Below are positions 33,585-46,710 of a stretch of 64,000 bases of DNA, one piece after another. The translations under genes and the position numbers were made by a program. Source of the DNA: Octopus bimaculoides (lineage: Eukaryota); NCBI RefSeq assembly GCF_001194135.2, contig NC_068984.1:110257201-110321200 (forward strand). Direction: 5' to 3'. Numbering within the stretch: the first letter of the stretch is position 1; every line of letters starts with the position of its first letter. The notes under the pieces were generated by a model. It had not been told where the DNA came from, ran no database searches, and was given only the letters and a program-made list of their open reading frames with translations.

Positions 33585-34225
33585 AATCCTTTCTACTATA
33601 GATACAAGGCCTGGATTTGTGGCGAGGAATAAATCGATCACATCGACTCCATTGCTCAACTGGTATTTATTTTATCAACTCCGAAAGGATGAAAGACAAA
33701 GCCGACATCGGCGAAATTTGAACTTAGAACGTAAAGTCGGACGAAATGCCGCCGCTAAGCATTTTGCATGGCGTGCTAACGATTCTGCCAGCTTGCCGCT
33801 CTTTCTCAGCAACAACAACAACAATAATAATAACAATAATTTCTGATTTAGGCGCAAGGCCTATGACTTTTTTCCGAGAGAGGGATTTCGTCAATGCCAA
33901 CGACTCCATTACAAGATAGACTGGTACTTTATTTTTATCGACCCTAGAATTTGAAAGGGAAGTTGAGCTCGGTAGTATTTCAATTCGGTATATGAAGAGC
34001 CAAACGAAACCTCACCCGGCATTTTAGCCGATGCTCTTACAATTCTTCTATTTTAGGAGGAGGGCGTTAAACTGAATACATCGACTCTAGTACTTAAATG
34101 ATACTGATGAAAGGCGATGTCGATTTGGTGGAATTTGAACTCAAAAACGTAAGAAGCTGGAGAGCTGGAAGAAATGCCGCTAAACAGTTTGTCCTACGCG
34201 CTAACGCTTCTGTCAGCTCACTGTA
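33585..34225 (-). mobile_element. Three tandem, same-orientation SINE family C copies
   Basis: The motif set tcgac(t/c)cca...ctggtac/tatt...ttttatc...tttgaact...gaaatgccgctaagc recurs at ~33585-33805, 33840-34050 and 34060-34225. Confidence 0.7.
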
Positions 34226-34349
34226 CCACTACTGCTACTACTACTACTACTACAACTACTACTACTACTTTTACTACTGTTGCTGCTACTACTAATGATA
34301 GAAGTAACGATGATGATGATGATGATGATAATAAATTGAAGGAATGAGA

Positions 34350-34381
<32 letters not shown>

Positions 34382-35464
34382 GAGAAAATCTAGTAGTAGA
34401 AGGAACCAGATAGGAAACACACCAAAATAAAATCGAACACAAGGTACTGTAAGAAGAAAATGTAACTGGCAGAATGATGAGAAGGAAGCAAAAAACTTGA
34501 AAACCAAGAATAAAAAGTTAGAAAAATCTGTTGCTGCTGCTGCTGCTGTTGATGATGATGATGATGATGATGACTGTAATGAATTAAAAACCAAAAAACA
34601 AGCAAACAAAAAAACTGCGGCAGGTTTATGATTATCTTGGTAGAAGAGAGTGGGAGAGCTGATGGAAGCTGTTGTTTTTGCTTGTTTTGTTCAAACAGTC
34701 TTTGACTAGCTTCTTTACGTTCTGAAGAATTCTGTCGAAACTGGGAAAGTGCCACCTGTGAAATGTTTGTTAAGGTTTTCTTCATTAGAAATTCTGTACA
34801 TGGCATCGTTTTTTTTAAACAATATTTACATGTTTTGTTGTTCTTCAANNNNNNNNNNCAATCACACATACACACACTCACACACATATATATACGTGTA
34901 TATGTGTGTGAGTGTGTGTATGTGTGTGTGTTTGTGCATGTGATTGTGTTTGTATTTTTTTATATTTCACTTTGATTGATATAATAGGGAGGTATATTTG
35001 GGAATTGAAATATAAGAGGAAATTGGGAGGAAAAGAAAGAGAGATCAACAGAATAGGTTTAAAGAAAGTTGAAAAGCGATATAGAGGGGTAAAAAAAGAA
35101 TGAGGAAGAAAGTAGCGTAGAGAAAGAAAGCTGAAATGGAGTAAATAATAATAACAATAATTAAGAGGACAAGTATGAATGGGAGAGTTAATACTTCGAT
35201 AAATAGACCGATAGATAGATAGATAGATAGCAAGATAGATAAACAAATAGATAAATAAATAAATAGATAGATAGATAGATAGAGAGCGAAAGAGAGAAAC
35301 TGTGAAAAAGAGAGTGAGAGAGAGAAATAGAGCTAGAGAGAGAGAGAGAGAGGAAAACTTGAAAGTAGAAACGGAAAGAAAGGACATTATTATGAAATGA
35401 CGAGAAAGAGACAGAATAAGAATTGGAATATCATAAAAGGGACTTCCTTGCATTAACCTTAAGG

Positions 35465-35790
35465 TACTTCGTAGCTAACAGCAAGTGCCATAAGCTATTT
35501 AATAAGGACAACGTGAAAATTAGGTACAAGTGCACAAAAGAATTTCCGTAATGTTACAATGAATTAGCACCTTGGGGCGAGCTAAGATAACATCTAGGAA
35601 CAAAGGTTCACAAAATATAATTGCATATAGATCCAAGAGAGCATACCAAGAGAGTAACTTGAAAATAAAGAAAAGCTACAATGATAAATGTGAAGGCAAC
35701 TTCAAAAGACGTTTCTTCAGTCCCATTCCCCAACCAAAAAGAAGAGATGCAGAATGCTAAAACCTTGTCAAAACGTGCGATAACGTACTT
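35465..35790 (+). pseudogene. Penelope-like element (GIY-YIG linker/endonuclease) remnant
   Basis: YFVANSKCHKLFNKDNVKIRYKC (35465-35533; cf. HFP..HK.HKIFN.N.VK.SYSC) and KKSYNDKCEGNFKRRF in ORF 35572-35760 (cf. K.YIGL.EG.FK.RF). Confidence 0.55.
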
Positions 35791-36949
35791 CATGTACAGA
35801 GCTCCAAATATTCTTAACTAATTCAAATCCCACTTGTAATGAGAAGAAAAAGCATGAGTTTCAACGACGCATTTTGTGAATGATGGCTCGCGAGAGAACT
35901 TTGAAATTTAAATTAATTAAAATTTAAATGAAAGTATGCGTGTAGATTGAATCCAATCTTTAGTAGATAGGTTGGCAATTGGTAAAAAATTGAGAGACTT
36001 CAGTTTTATTACACTTGTCAGCAAGATGTAGACTCATACATGCTTACCAGATCATATAACGATCGAGCAGAATAGATAAAGATGTTTTTGTCTGAAGATT
36101 ATTCAATGATTAGCAAATATAAAATAATCGCATCAAAATATTGTGTAATCCCGATAATCTCTGAATAATACAAAACATTAGCATATCCATTCAGTTGTCT
36201 ATGGACTAATAAATATGACCTAATAAATAGTGGAGCGGTCTAATAAACCAAATTATGTCCAGAACAGCCACCCTAATTGTCGAAGATCAGACTCACTACC
36301 ACTGTATTATATAAGGATGTAATTTTTAATGAATTTAAACTCTGAAGTTCTTTTCTTTGAAATTTCTAAAAAGCTATCACTAATATCAATGGTTTTTCCT
36401 CTTCTTATGGCTGTAATAGAAATTAGATAAGAATTATTTTTCGTTCACAACACCAAATAATGTTAAACTGCAGTTGCTTATATGCTATTCAAATAGAAGA
36501 TAGCTTTCGTAAAATTTTTCTCTGCTGAAATGTATATACCCGTTTGATCATATCATTGATATCGGTGAGTCAGTATCCAACAAACTTCAAAAAATGGAGT
36601 AGAGTAATATCAACTCCGCAACACAGAAAGACAATGGATAAAATCTTCTAATTCGATATAATAAACAACAAAAATAAATAAATAACAAAAACAGGTTCGA
36701 TATAATAAATAACATAAATAGATATAATGCTGACACAAGAACAATTCTACTTCTCAGTCAAGGTGAACCCAACTGACATGCAACAAACAAATATGGCCCA
36801 TAATATGACATGTAAGCAAAGCAACAGTTGTATCATTGATGTCACGCCACCAACACGTCATCAGCAAATACAGGCCTGAATAATGTTCATAATCGAAGAT
36901 TAATCAGCAGTAATGAAACAAAATATATATTACTTTATACATTCTAAAA

Positions 36950-37299
36950 CAGTGGTTCTTTAGGGGAACGCTCCCCTAGGGGAGAGTCAGTAATTTCCAA
37001 CAGGGACGCGAGCCCTTCAGGATAAAACAAGAATTTCTCTAATTATATTTGTTATTTCCTTAAAGAGAGCATGATCAAATAATAAGAATTTTATGAAAAA
37101 ATGCAAAAGCATCGCTTTATACTCTTAGTTTTCTTATTCTATTATCTTAGCGCCGCTTACCATTTTCTGTATCTATTGATCCCACTTCATATCCCTCAAA
37201 ACCCTCACTAATTCTTCTAATTCTTAATTGTATCTTTAACATTTGCCTTTATTTTGTATTTTGTTTTTGTTACAACAAGACTCAGGTTAAGAACTACTG
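36950..37299. mobile_element. hAT (Charlie-like) MITE
   Basis: Termini CAGTGGTTCTT ... GGTTAAGAACTACTG; flanks ttctaaaa / gtataaag match at 5 of 8 and resemble the NTCTARAN-type target. Confidence 0.55.
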
Positions 37300-37854
37300 G
37301 TATAAAGCTTAGATAATATTATAGTGTAATGACAAACATATTTTTCAGTTAATGAATTATAAACAAGTTTGATTCACAATAAAACCAAAATTCTTTATAT
37401 AAAATGTTTATGTTAAAAATATAGTAAATTTTTTGCAAGAAAAAAATTATAATATAAAGCCAAATATTAAACTAAAATTCAGACTTAAATATTACAGAAG
37501 GTACTAGGTAAAACTAAAAGCTATGTAAAATCTTTTCTTTTTTAAAGAAACTTTTTTGTATTTTCGTACAAGTAAATACAATATTTTATTGTACAAATTT
37601 TTCGTATAACTTTTCTTTTAATTTGACTTTTATTCCAAATTTTTTTGTTTTAATTGTTTTCAGAACTTTTCTGCTCTCAATCACGGTCTGAGTTAAAGAA
37701 AAAAACAAATAATCACTCATCTAACATGGGCCTTGACATTACTTTACACGTGCCTTATCTTTTGATCACATATTTGTGTTGTCCACTGTATATCAAATAA
37801 TTCGCAACGAATGCAAAGAAACAGAATATATTTGGATTCGTGTCCCTCCACGAT

Positions 37855-37990
37855 GGTTAGGGTGTTGCACTCACGATCGCGAGATCGTGGTTTCAATTCC
37901 TAGATTGGGTGGTGTGTTTTGTTCTTGAGCAAAACACTTCATCTCACGTTGCTCTGATATCACTTCGACACCTGAAGCGTGATACACCGG
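37855..37990 (+). mobile_element. SINE family D copy
   Basis: tggttagggtgttgcactcacgatcgcgagatcgtggtttcaattcc...cttgagcaaaacacttcatctcacgttgctctg...cacttcgacacctga. Confidence 0.7.
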
Positions 37991-38247
37991 GCACTTAAAT
38001 TAATGAATAAGTAAATATATGTGTGTATGTATATATGTGTGTGTGCGTGTACGTGCGTGTGTGTATGTAGAGTGCAAAACATTAATTGAAAATTAACATT
38101 CTAAGTAAATTTATAAAAGTAGGCATTTATTCATATGTGCCCGTTAAAAATATAACAGAACATAAAGAACGTTATTACAGAAACTCCTGCAATACTTGAA
38201 TTTTGAAGTGTTGGATATGTATGTCAAATTGTAAGCTTATACTTTAT

Positions 38248-38440
38248 CTAGAACTCCCCACGGATGAATATGCATTCCCTATCAACACTTGACACTCTGT
38301 TAGAGTATAGGAATAGGCTTAAAATTGACATTGGTAATGGCGCTTCTCGTTTTGAAACTGTTGTTGAATTTTTAAAAATTACCGAATTGATCCTGCTGTT
38401 GTAATTGGTGTTGTCCAAAGGCACTGATGTGGTAAGACTC
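38248..38440 (-). CDS. Candidate exon, unidentified product
   Basis: Acceptor ccctgttctcattgcttcag|G at 38441/38440. The frame RSLTTSVPLDNTNYNSRINSVIFKNSTTVSKREAP... is open to the TAG at 38248; an alternative donor G|GTAATT lies at 38383. No recognisable homology. Confidence 0.2.
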
Positions 38441-38556
38441 CTGAAGCAATGAGAACAGGGTAATGACTTTTTTTTCAGTAACATAGGAAATATTTAGCCG
38501 TTAGTAAATGGAGAGTTCAAGATTTTTCATCACTCTATATTCTATAGCTACTTTAC

Positions 38557-38602
38557 CTTTTGAGTTTCTTTTCTTGATTAAACATTTGTCGTTCAGTGCA
38601 GC
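38557..38602 (-). CDS. Candidate 46-nt exon
   Basis: Acceptor tttctgtctcctcgctaaacag|G; donor AAG|GTAAAG; the frame CTERQMFNQEKKLK joins in phase to the 38440 exon's long frame. Confidence 0.2.
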
Positions 38603-40505
38603 CTGTTTAGCGAGGAGACAGAAATTTTATGATTGAAGTTTTAAAACGTAACTCAACCAGAAGTAAAGAAATCATAATATTTTAAATCTAAGAAGTTTAG
38701 AATAATGTGCCCGATCATTTAATCGTAAAGACTGAAGTTAACGAATATAATTGAATAGACCCGTCTATCATTTACTTATTTATTGTAATCAAAGTTAATT
38801 GCACTCAGTCAATAGCAGTAGAAAAGGCAACTAGGTAGATTTAGCATGGTGGGAACATCGTGGACATTTCACTGTACAATGAATAGAATGATAACAAGAA
38901 TACTAGTTGAAGAAGCGCTGTTACAATAGCAGCAGCAGTATCAGTTTATGCTTCTTTGTGTATATGTAGATTCTGTTTAATCGTTTCTTATGCTATAACT
39001 ATGCAGGAATGAATTTATGCAGCTGCAAAGCTTCAACATTGATGGGAGATGCAATTTATTCTGAGAGATCATTTCACATAAAATCAGATTAATAAATCCT
39101 ACTTCTCTTTATCTGAAGCACTTTGCAGTAGATGTGTCTGCTGCTAAGATGACACAACTTGAATAAATGATTTAGCAATTTATATGGAAACAAATGAGTT
39201 AAAAATTGAACGGTGTGTTAAATCATAAGGATGAATTATATTTTAATGGACATAATAGGCATCAATAAGACTGCAATGGTATTGTGGGATTAACATATAA
39301 TCTAGAGCTTGTGCATGGGATGAATAGTTAACCTCATAAGAACAGGTGTATATAAGTTACTTTGAATATGATTTTGGTCTAGGTTTGGAATATGGTTTGG
39401 TCTAGGTATAGTAGCAGAGTGGGGGAACTATTAATATATAAAATAAATGACATTTTAGAAGTATATGATTATGTTTGCTTCTCTCCAATTTAACAGTGAT
39501 CGAGCAGCGCTGAAATAATAAGACATCCCATAAGTGACCGTCCCATAATAATGCATTTTAGAGACAACGTCGTTTAAGGTGACATTCCGTCGTTTAAACA
39601 ATACAAGGTTTGATTTTGGAGAAATTTGGCTGTCCTTTCTAACAGGTTGAATTACATTGTAAAGTCTTCATTGCTGACTCGAAGAATATAGATGAAAGGT
39701 ACATATACCAGATTTAAGCGACTTGAGGAAGAATTAAAAGCGAAACTTAACACTGACAGGATTTGAACGCGGAATACAAGAGATCGTCATTAAAAACAAC
39801 AATGCGTTCTGTCCAACGCTCTACAGATTATTCTGATCTACCAAAGGTTATGCTAAACCACCAACCTTACGAAATATATCATGAGAAATGGGATAAACCA
39901 TTTTTTTCTATTGATGTCAAAGATTATAAGTGACTCAGTTCTTTGTCTGCTGGATCAATATGGTAAAGAACGAGAGTGGCACGAAACGTTGTAGTCGTCG
40001 ATACCATCTGGTGAAAGATATCTAATAGATCGCGCTGGAACCGGCGGCCGACGCCGACCGAGGGCAGCAAAGTATCGGCAACGGACCAGCTTACAGCTCG
40101 CTGGCAGCCTGATGGAATCGGCGAAGCTTTGGCTTGGCACAAGCACGACCACGCTTACGACGCCGGACGCCGGCGACAGACGCATATCGAGGCTATCTGA
40201 TTACATCAAAATTAACTTAGGGGATATGATCCAAAGAATAATTGTAGTTGTTGGAGTATGTATGATGTACAATAGAACTGAAAATAATCTCTTGTAATTA
40301 AACTAATTAGTCTTGCTACTCTGATAGCGCATCCTTAGTTTAATTCCCTTTCACTTTTAGTTAAACTTATGTAAAGCAATAAAATCTTTCTTCACATTCC
40401 AGCTCATCTCTGTGAAAGAAGCTAAACAAATTCCAAGGTCCAGTGCTTTTCAAATTAATACTGCAAGTTTTTTAATCTCTTTTGCATGCCTCTACATACT
40501 TCATT

Positions 40506-40887
40506 GGAGGCGCAATGGCCCAGTCGTTAGGGCAGCGAACTCGCGGTCATAGGATCGTGGTTTCGATTCCCAGACCGGGCGTTGTGAGTGTTTATTGAGC
40601 GAAAACACCTAAAGCTCCACGAGGCTCCGGCAGGGGATGGTGGCAAACCCTGCTGTACTCTTCCACCACAACCTTCTCTCACTCTTACTTCCTGTTTCTG
40701 TTGTACCTGTAATTCAAAGGGTCAGCCTTGTCACACTGTGTCACGCTGAATATCCCCGAGAACTATGTTAAGGGTACACGTGTCTGTGGAGTGCTCAGCC
40801 ACTTGCACGTTAATTTCACGAGCAGGCTGTTCCGTTGATCGGATCAACTGGAACCTTCGACGTCGTAAGCGACGGAGTGCCAACAAC
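40506..40887 (+). mobile_element. SINE family B, full length, (CAA)n tail
   Basis: ggaggcgcaatggcccagtcgttagggc (A box), ggtttcgattccc (B box), 3' end gacggagtgccaacaac. Confidence 0.9.
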
Positions 40888-41319
40888 ATTCTTCATTGAA
40901 AGCAAGTAGTTTTCGTTGTTTAGTCTCAGCCGACAGCACTTGTTCAGTCCTTTATCAGATTTGATAGAGCAAACCTTTTATCAAAAGCAACCTGTCGTAT
41001 TTTTTCAGACAACGAATGTCTTGAGATTTACATTTCCAATATGTTCTCTTTCGATGAGAGCTTGGATGTAATGTGAGGGAAATTAAGCTACTATATCTAT
41101 CAGATAGAGCGACCACATAAATACTCTGTTGTTGGCCTGCTGTGAAAGAGAGAGTTCAATGAAAATTTAATATTTCAAACATCAGCTAAATATTCATATT
41201 TGCTAAAAAAAAGTAAAAGAAAAAGAGACAGAAAAATAGCAATCTGCTAATGATAATGTTTTAAATTGCAGAAGTAGAAATATTTTCAGAGGATAATATC
41301 ATCATATTGTTGTTGCTGT

Positions 41320-41570
41320 AACTGTTGATGATGATGATGATGATGATAAATGATGAAGACAGCGATGACGACGACGACGATGAAAATGATGATGATGACG
41401 GTGACAATAACGATGACGATGATGATGATGATGATGAAGAGGATGATGATGATGAAGCTGACGATGACGATGATGATGATAGTAATGATGATGACGATGA
41501 CGACAATGACGGCAATAATGAAAAATAATAATAATAATGACACAGATTATGATAATAAGGACGATGGGGA
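41320..41570. repeat. (GAT/GAC)n microsatellite
   Basis: Direct inspection; explains the poly-D/M/S ORFs. Confidence 0.9.
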
Positions 41571-43276
41571 TATTACTTTTATTACTTTATTATTACTGGG
41601 CATATCTTCTCTTTGTGGTTGTCATTTTTTGGTGTATTCTCTCCTAAGGCTTAAGGTTAATGAATATCTTCTATTTAAAAGACGATTGAGAATATGATAA
41701 AGAATATTTCGCTGTTAAAATATCATAAGTTCGTGAGGCTGAATAGAAGTACTCGCGTGGATTCACTTAATGTGCATATGATACAATGTTTAACCCCAGG
41801 TAAACCATGATTGAGCAGAATTATGATCAAAGATGTTCAAGTTGCGACCATTTTGTTATATAACGTCGTCTAGAATTTTCTTGAGTTTTCTAATTGGTTA
41901 GCAAAATTATTGATGTGAACAATGTGTAGAAACAGAATGGTGACAAAAGGAATTTGGGGAACACACACTTAACTCATTAACTGAACGATTCATCAAACAA
42001 TCAATTAATTAGTTGATTAAATAACTAACTAAATGCCGAATTATAAAATAGCGAATCTGAACCAGTGCGTGTATTTATTATTGGCACTATGATCCTCCCG
42101 AGATACAACAATGTAATCTAGGATTACTTTATCCAAACTATCCTTTCTTAAGGTATGGTGTGATTTTTGAGTGAATTTGATGCACTTTTTAGCAATTACG
42201 TTGAGGTATTATGATGGAAATTTTTTAGTGTTCTGTAATTTCTTATGGTCCTATCCTTGGAAAGAAATATTTCACAATATATAAATATCTTAATATGAAA
42301 CGTGTCGTCAAGTTATTTGATACGGCCATGACCTGACTATGGTCTACAACTAGTTTCCTTTACTAAGGCTATTTAAAACCTTGGGAGCAGACAAACGAAA
42401 CGAGAAGACAAAACATTCTCCATATCCTAGACACACACACACACACATACACACTTACTTGCCCCAACAACAAGAATTATATGCAAAAAGTACAGAGTTT
42501 ACCAAAACTTTAAGTTATCTCTCAATTTCTTGCGGCTGATATAAATTCTTTATCTGCATGAAAGAAGAATTTATAATGAATAATATTGTATAATATAATA
42601 TAATATAATATAATATAATATAATATAATATAATATTATATTATATTATTACGCTCTTAACAAATCACGTGCAAGTTTCTTCTCGCTAAGACATCATTTG
42701 TGATGACGAAGGAGGGCGGAGGAGAGTGGGAGAGGAGTGCTAAGCCGTTAATTCGTTGTAATATTATATCAATTGCAATATCTCACTTTCCGATAGCTCA
42801 AATCTAGAAATCAAATCTTCTCATCTCCAACACGCCACCACCATTCCTATCCCTCCCCCACCCCGCACCACCATGTTTCTGATCATGATTTGCTATTAAT
42901 AGACCAATTCACAAAATGTCATAACGGTATCATCTTCTTTTGCTGTGGAAAACCAAGTATTGATTTGCGGCGATAAGTTCAATTATCGTATCAATCAATT
43001 TTTCTATTTGGCATCTATGGAAGGAAGCAGGTTATCTGCATATTTCACTTTAACTGACATATATCTGAGCCATTGTCTACATTGTCCTCACCCATAACAC
43101 AAAAACTACTGCCTGTCATTTTTCGAACTTGTTGTCTACTCTGGTAGAACCTTTTGCTTCAATGGTAACCTAAAAGATTTTTCAAAGAGACAAGTAACTT
43201 TTATTGAAAAGTTAACTTCTCTAAGTTGCTAATATAGATTGTAATAATAATAATAATAATAATAATAACAATAATG

Positions 43277-43320
<44 letters not shown>

Positions 43321-43321
<1 letters not shown>

Positions 43322-43436
43322 TGATGCATGTGCCTGTTATACCCTTATCAGACGGGTAGTCATGATGAGTATAATGGGCTTCCTATATTTGTACACCTGT
43401 GTTACTTTGATGACATGCGCTGCTCTCTCTCACTCA
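43321..43436 (-). mobile_element. Short family T fragment inside an (AAT)n tract
   Basis: gtgatgcatgtgcctg..cccttatcagacgggtagtcatgatg..ttactttgatgacatgcgctgctctctctcactca is the reverse complement of 10748-10860; (AAT)n on both sides. Confidence 0.75.
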
Positions 43437-43451
43437 ATAATGATAATAATG

Positions 43452-43510
<59 letters not shown>

Positions 43511-43579
43511 TATATAATAATAATTATATAATAATAATTATTATTATTATTATCATTATTAGTATTGTTGTTGTTCTTG

Positions 43580-44220
43580 TTGTTATAATCCTTTCTACAA
43601 TGGGCACGCGGCCTAAAATTTGGGAAAAGGGGAGACAGACGATTACATTGACTCCTGTACTCAAATGGTACCTATTTTATCGACGCTGAAAAAGTGAAAA
43701 GCTAAGTTGACCTTGGCAGAATATGAACTCAGAAGGTAAAGACGGACGAAATGCCGTCTGCCAGCTCACCGCCTTAATAATAATGTCATAAGTTTTAACA
43801 CAAGACCAGCAATTTCGAGTGGAGGGAGATGTTGATTATATCGACCTCAGTACTCGAGAAGTACTTTATTTTATCGTTCTCAAAAGAATAAACAGCAAAG
43901 CCTACCTCGATGTGATTTGAACTCAGAACCTAAAGAGCCAAAAAAAGAAAAAATCGCAAATATTTCCCCGAAATACTAACGATTCTGCTAAACCATCATC
44001 TTTAATAGTTTCTAATTTAGGCACAAGGCTAACAGATTTTTTTGGAGAGTCAAGTGTGAGTCGATTTTACCGACTCCGGTACTTGACTAGCACTTATTCT
44101 ATCGGCCCCGGAGGAAAAAATTGCTAAATTGGTCTCAAAAGTATTTGAACTCAGAACGGCTGAAATAATTACCACACGGAATTTTGTTCAACGCTCTAAC
44201 GATTCTGTTAATCAGCCGTT
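43580..44220 (-). mobile_element. Three tandem, same-orientation old SINE family C copies
   Basis: The gattac/gattat-tcgac..gtact..ttttatc..tttgaactcagaa..ctaacgattctg motif set recurs three times. Confidence 0.65.
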
Positions 44221-45269
44221 ATTTTGCTGCAAGATCGATGGATGAGATGATAGTACTGTGACAATTTACAAAAGTGGTGGGGGGTTACAAAGAACCAGGG
44301 ATGAGAAAACCAAGCATGAAAAACAAGAAAATTGCAGTAAAGCTGCGTGATAGTGATGTCAGACATGGAATGCAGACCATCATACAACCTGTTTGACATT
44401 GCGTTTTCATTATTCTCTTCCTTTTCATTTTGACATGGGCATTGCGTTTTTATTCTCTTCCGCTTTACGAATTCAGTGTGCACATGCTCATTGTGTGTTC
44501 ATCTTCCTTTTTCCGGTACCTACTCAAAACTGTATACAGACTACAACCATCTCACTGTTTACAGATCACAACCATCTCGCAAACTGTTCGTGAGGAGCGC
44601 TTGGCGCCCCGATTGATGTGAAAAGAAAACAGCAATTTAAAATAAATTGAAAATAAAACTTCCTAACTAGCTTAATTGTTAGGGCGTCAAGCAAAATGCT
44701 CAGCGGTATTTACTTCCGCTTTGAGTTCAAATACCACCAAGATCGTCTTTGCCTTTCATCATATCTACTAATGTGCTTTGTGCGTCTGGTCTGAGCGAGA
44801 TGCTTCTCAACACCTGTTGTTTAAGCGGCAGTGAATTAAAAGCCAAGTATACCGGAATAAGCAAGTACGTACGACATGTTTGTTGGATTGTGCTTGTGAT
44901 TCGATACAGTTCCGAAATGCAGACTTTAATATTTCCACAGAATTGATGCCACAGTACATTCAAGAAATCCAGTTTCTGAAAACGAAACTAAAACCAACTG
45001 ATCTGAAAATAGTCGTCAATCAGAAATAGTCGATTATATCAAGAGTTTTGTATTGATCAAAGTGGAAAAGTCCTTACGAAGCTAAGTTTGTTACTCCTCA
45101 CTCCCTGCCATGTATTACATTAGCCGGACGGTACCGTGAATTGATCTACCGAGAATCTACAAGTCTACATGGTAGTACACCACAGATAGGGTCTTTGTTC
45201 CAAAGATAGTATGACTGTAATCCATATTACTGTCTTGGTTGTGGTTTTGGGTTTTGATTTTGTTGTTGC

Positions 45270-45860
45270 TCTTCTTGCGCCTATTTCTGCTGCACTTATT
45301 ATAATTGTGGTGATGGAAAAAAGAGGATTTCATCAGCTACTTGCCTGAAGGCAAAAGCCAGTGCATGGTTGGTGTTGCTGGAAGTATAGCACTACAACCA
45401 CCTTTCCTTTGCTCCAACAATCGTCGTCTCATATTGTGTGCCACTTGAATGAAAATGTTTTGCTTCCATATTTCCTTCAAGTACTTTTAATCCCGAACAT
45501 AGACTGGTCTTTCGAATCAATGAGTTTTATACAAGTAATATGACACTGTGCATCTGTTCGCCTCAATCCTAATCATCCTTTTTTTATGGCACATTCAGAG
45601 CGACTTTCTTGCCCCACATTTCGGTGAATCCATTAGTTTCTCTCAGTTCGTCTATCGTTGTCTTGCGGTTCTTGCTGCATAAAAAAAACCCAAAAAAACT
45701 TGCAAATGCTTCCCTAAATCTATTCTTAGGCTCGCTACTACTTTAGCTTGCTTCAAATGTAATGAAACTGGTGGGTGAAGGCAGTCTCCATTGTCGTCGG
45801 GGCAGCATTTAGCATGATGTAGTGGAATGTGTTTCTGGTTATGGTGCTTCTAATAGTCTC
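45270..45860 (-). pseudogene. Possible decayed I/Jockey-group LINE ORF2 fragment
   Basis: Minus strand LHPPVSLHLKQAKVVASLRI ... FLCSKNRKTTIDEL ... LKEIWKQNIF loosely follows HPT..NL..FK.ARA.ARR.I / F.SSIN..T....W / FN.IW....F. Confidence 0.3.
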
Positions 45861-46509
45861 GGCTTTTACATTTTATATTTGATGTTGCAGGTGGTCAACC
45901 TCTCGTTAAATTGGAGACAACAATCATGTTGTAATTATCTCTAAGCGTGTTGGTCATGTGTATTTGTGTATTATTTTTTTACTTTTGGTGTTTTTGAAAT
46001 TTCAGTTTACTCTCAGTGATGTGGAATCTGTTACTACTACTGTTGTTTGGAAGGTTGTTTTTGGAAAGTTGCTTGACACAGCTGTGATGGTGTCTACCAG
46101 AGGAGAAATTTAGTATCAGGAAAGACAATTAAGGGAAGTATTTGATTGCACTTCCTTCATCATTGGTTGTTCTTCCTCTCATTCCTCTCTCTTTCTTGCT
46201 TGGTGACTCACAAAGATGAAGCTATGCTGGATGTTATTTTGAATTCTTTCGATACTAAGCATTTTTTCAATAAAACTCCAAAAAGGCGAAAACAAAAGGA
46301 ACCAAACAAAACGTTGAGACCGTGGCCGGTTCTATTACCAAAGAAGAAACAAGAATTAATATCGAAAACTTATTCGAAAATGTATGTCGTGACATCCAGT
46401 AAGATTTCTATGGAAACTGACCTAATATAACTAAAGAGACTATATAGGATCCTTATAGAAAAGAAATTAAAAATATTTAAAATTATACATTTTGCAATAT
46501 GATATGACA

Positions 46510-46710
46510 AGGCAGCGAGCTGGCAGAATTGGGAGTATGCCGGGAAAAATGAATTGCGGCATTCTGTCTTTCTGAGTCCAAATACAACCGAGGTCAACTT
46601 TCACTCAGGGTCGATAAAATATGTACCAACTGAGCACTAGGGTCGATGTAATCGAATTACACCTCTCTCTAAATTGCTAACCGTGTGCCAAAATTTGAAA
46701 CAAATATATG
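46510..46710 (+). mobile_element. SINE family C copy
   Basis: aaggcagcgagctggcagaatt...gagtccaaatacaaccgaggtcaacttt...gggtcgataaaatatgtacc...ctagggtcgatgtaatcga. Confidence 0.75.

Noticed and set aside
34732-34762. CTGAAGA-ATTCTGTC-GAAA
   Set aside because: Helix II cannot pair (A.C closing) and there is no helix I.
36730-36848. Minus-strand GLYLLMTCWWRDINDTTVALLTCHIMGHICLLHVSWVHLD* with faint GPCR flavour
   Set aside because: No usable donor before the stop, and loop spacing does not fit LGR-type receptors.
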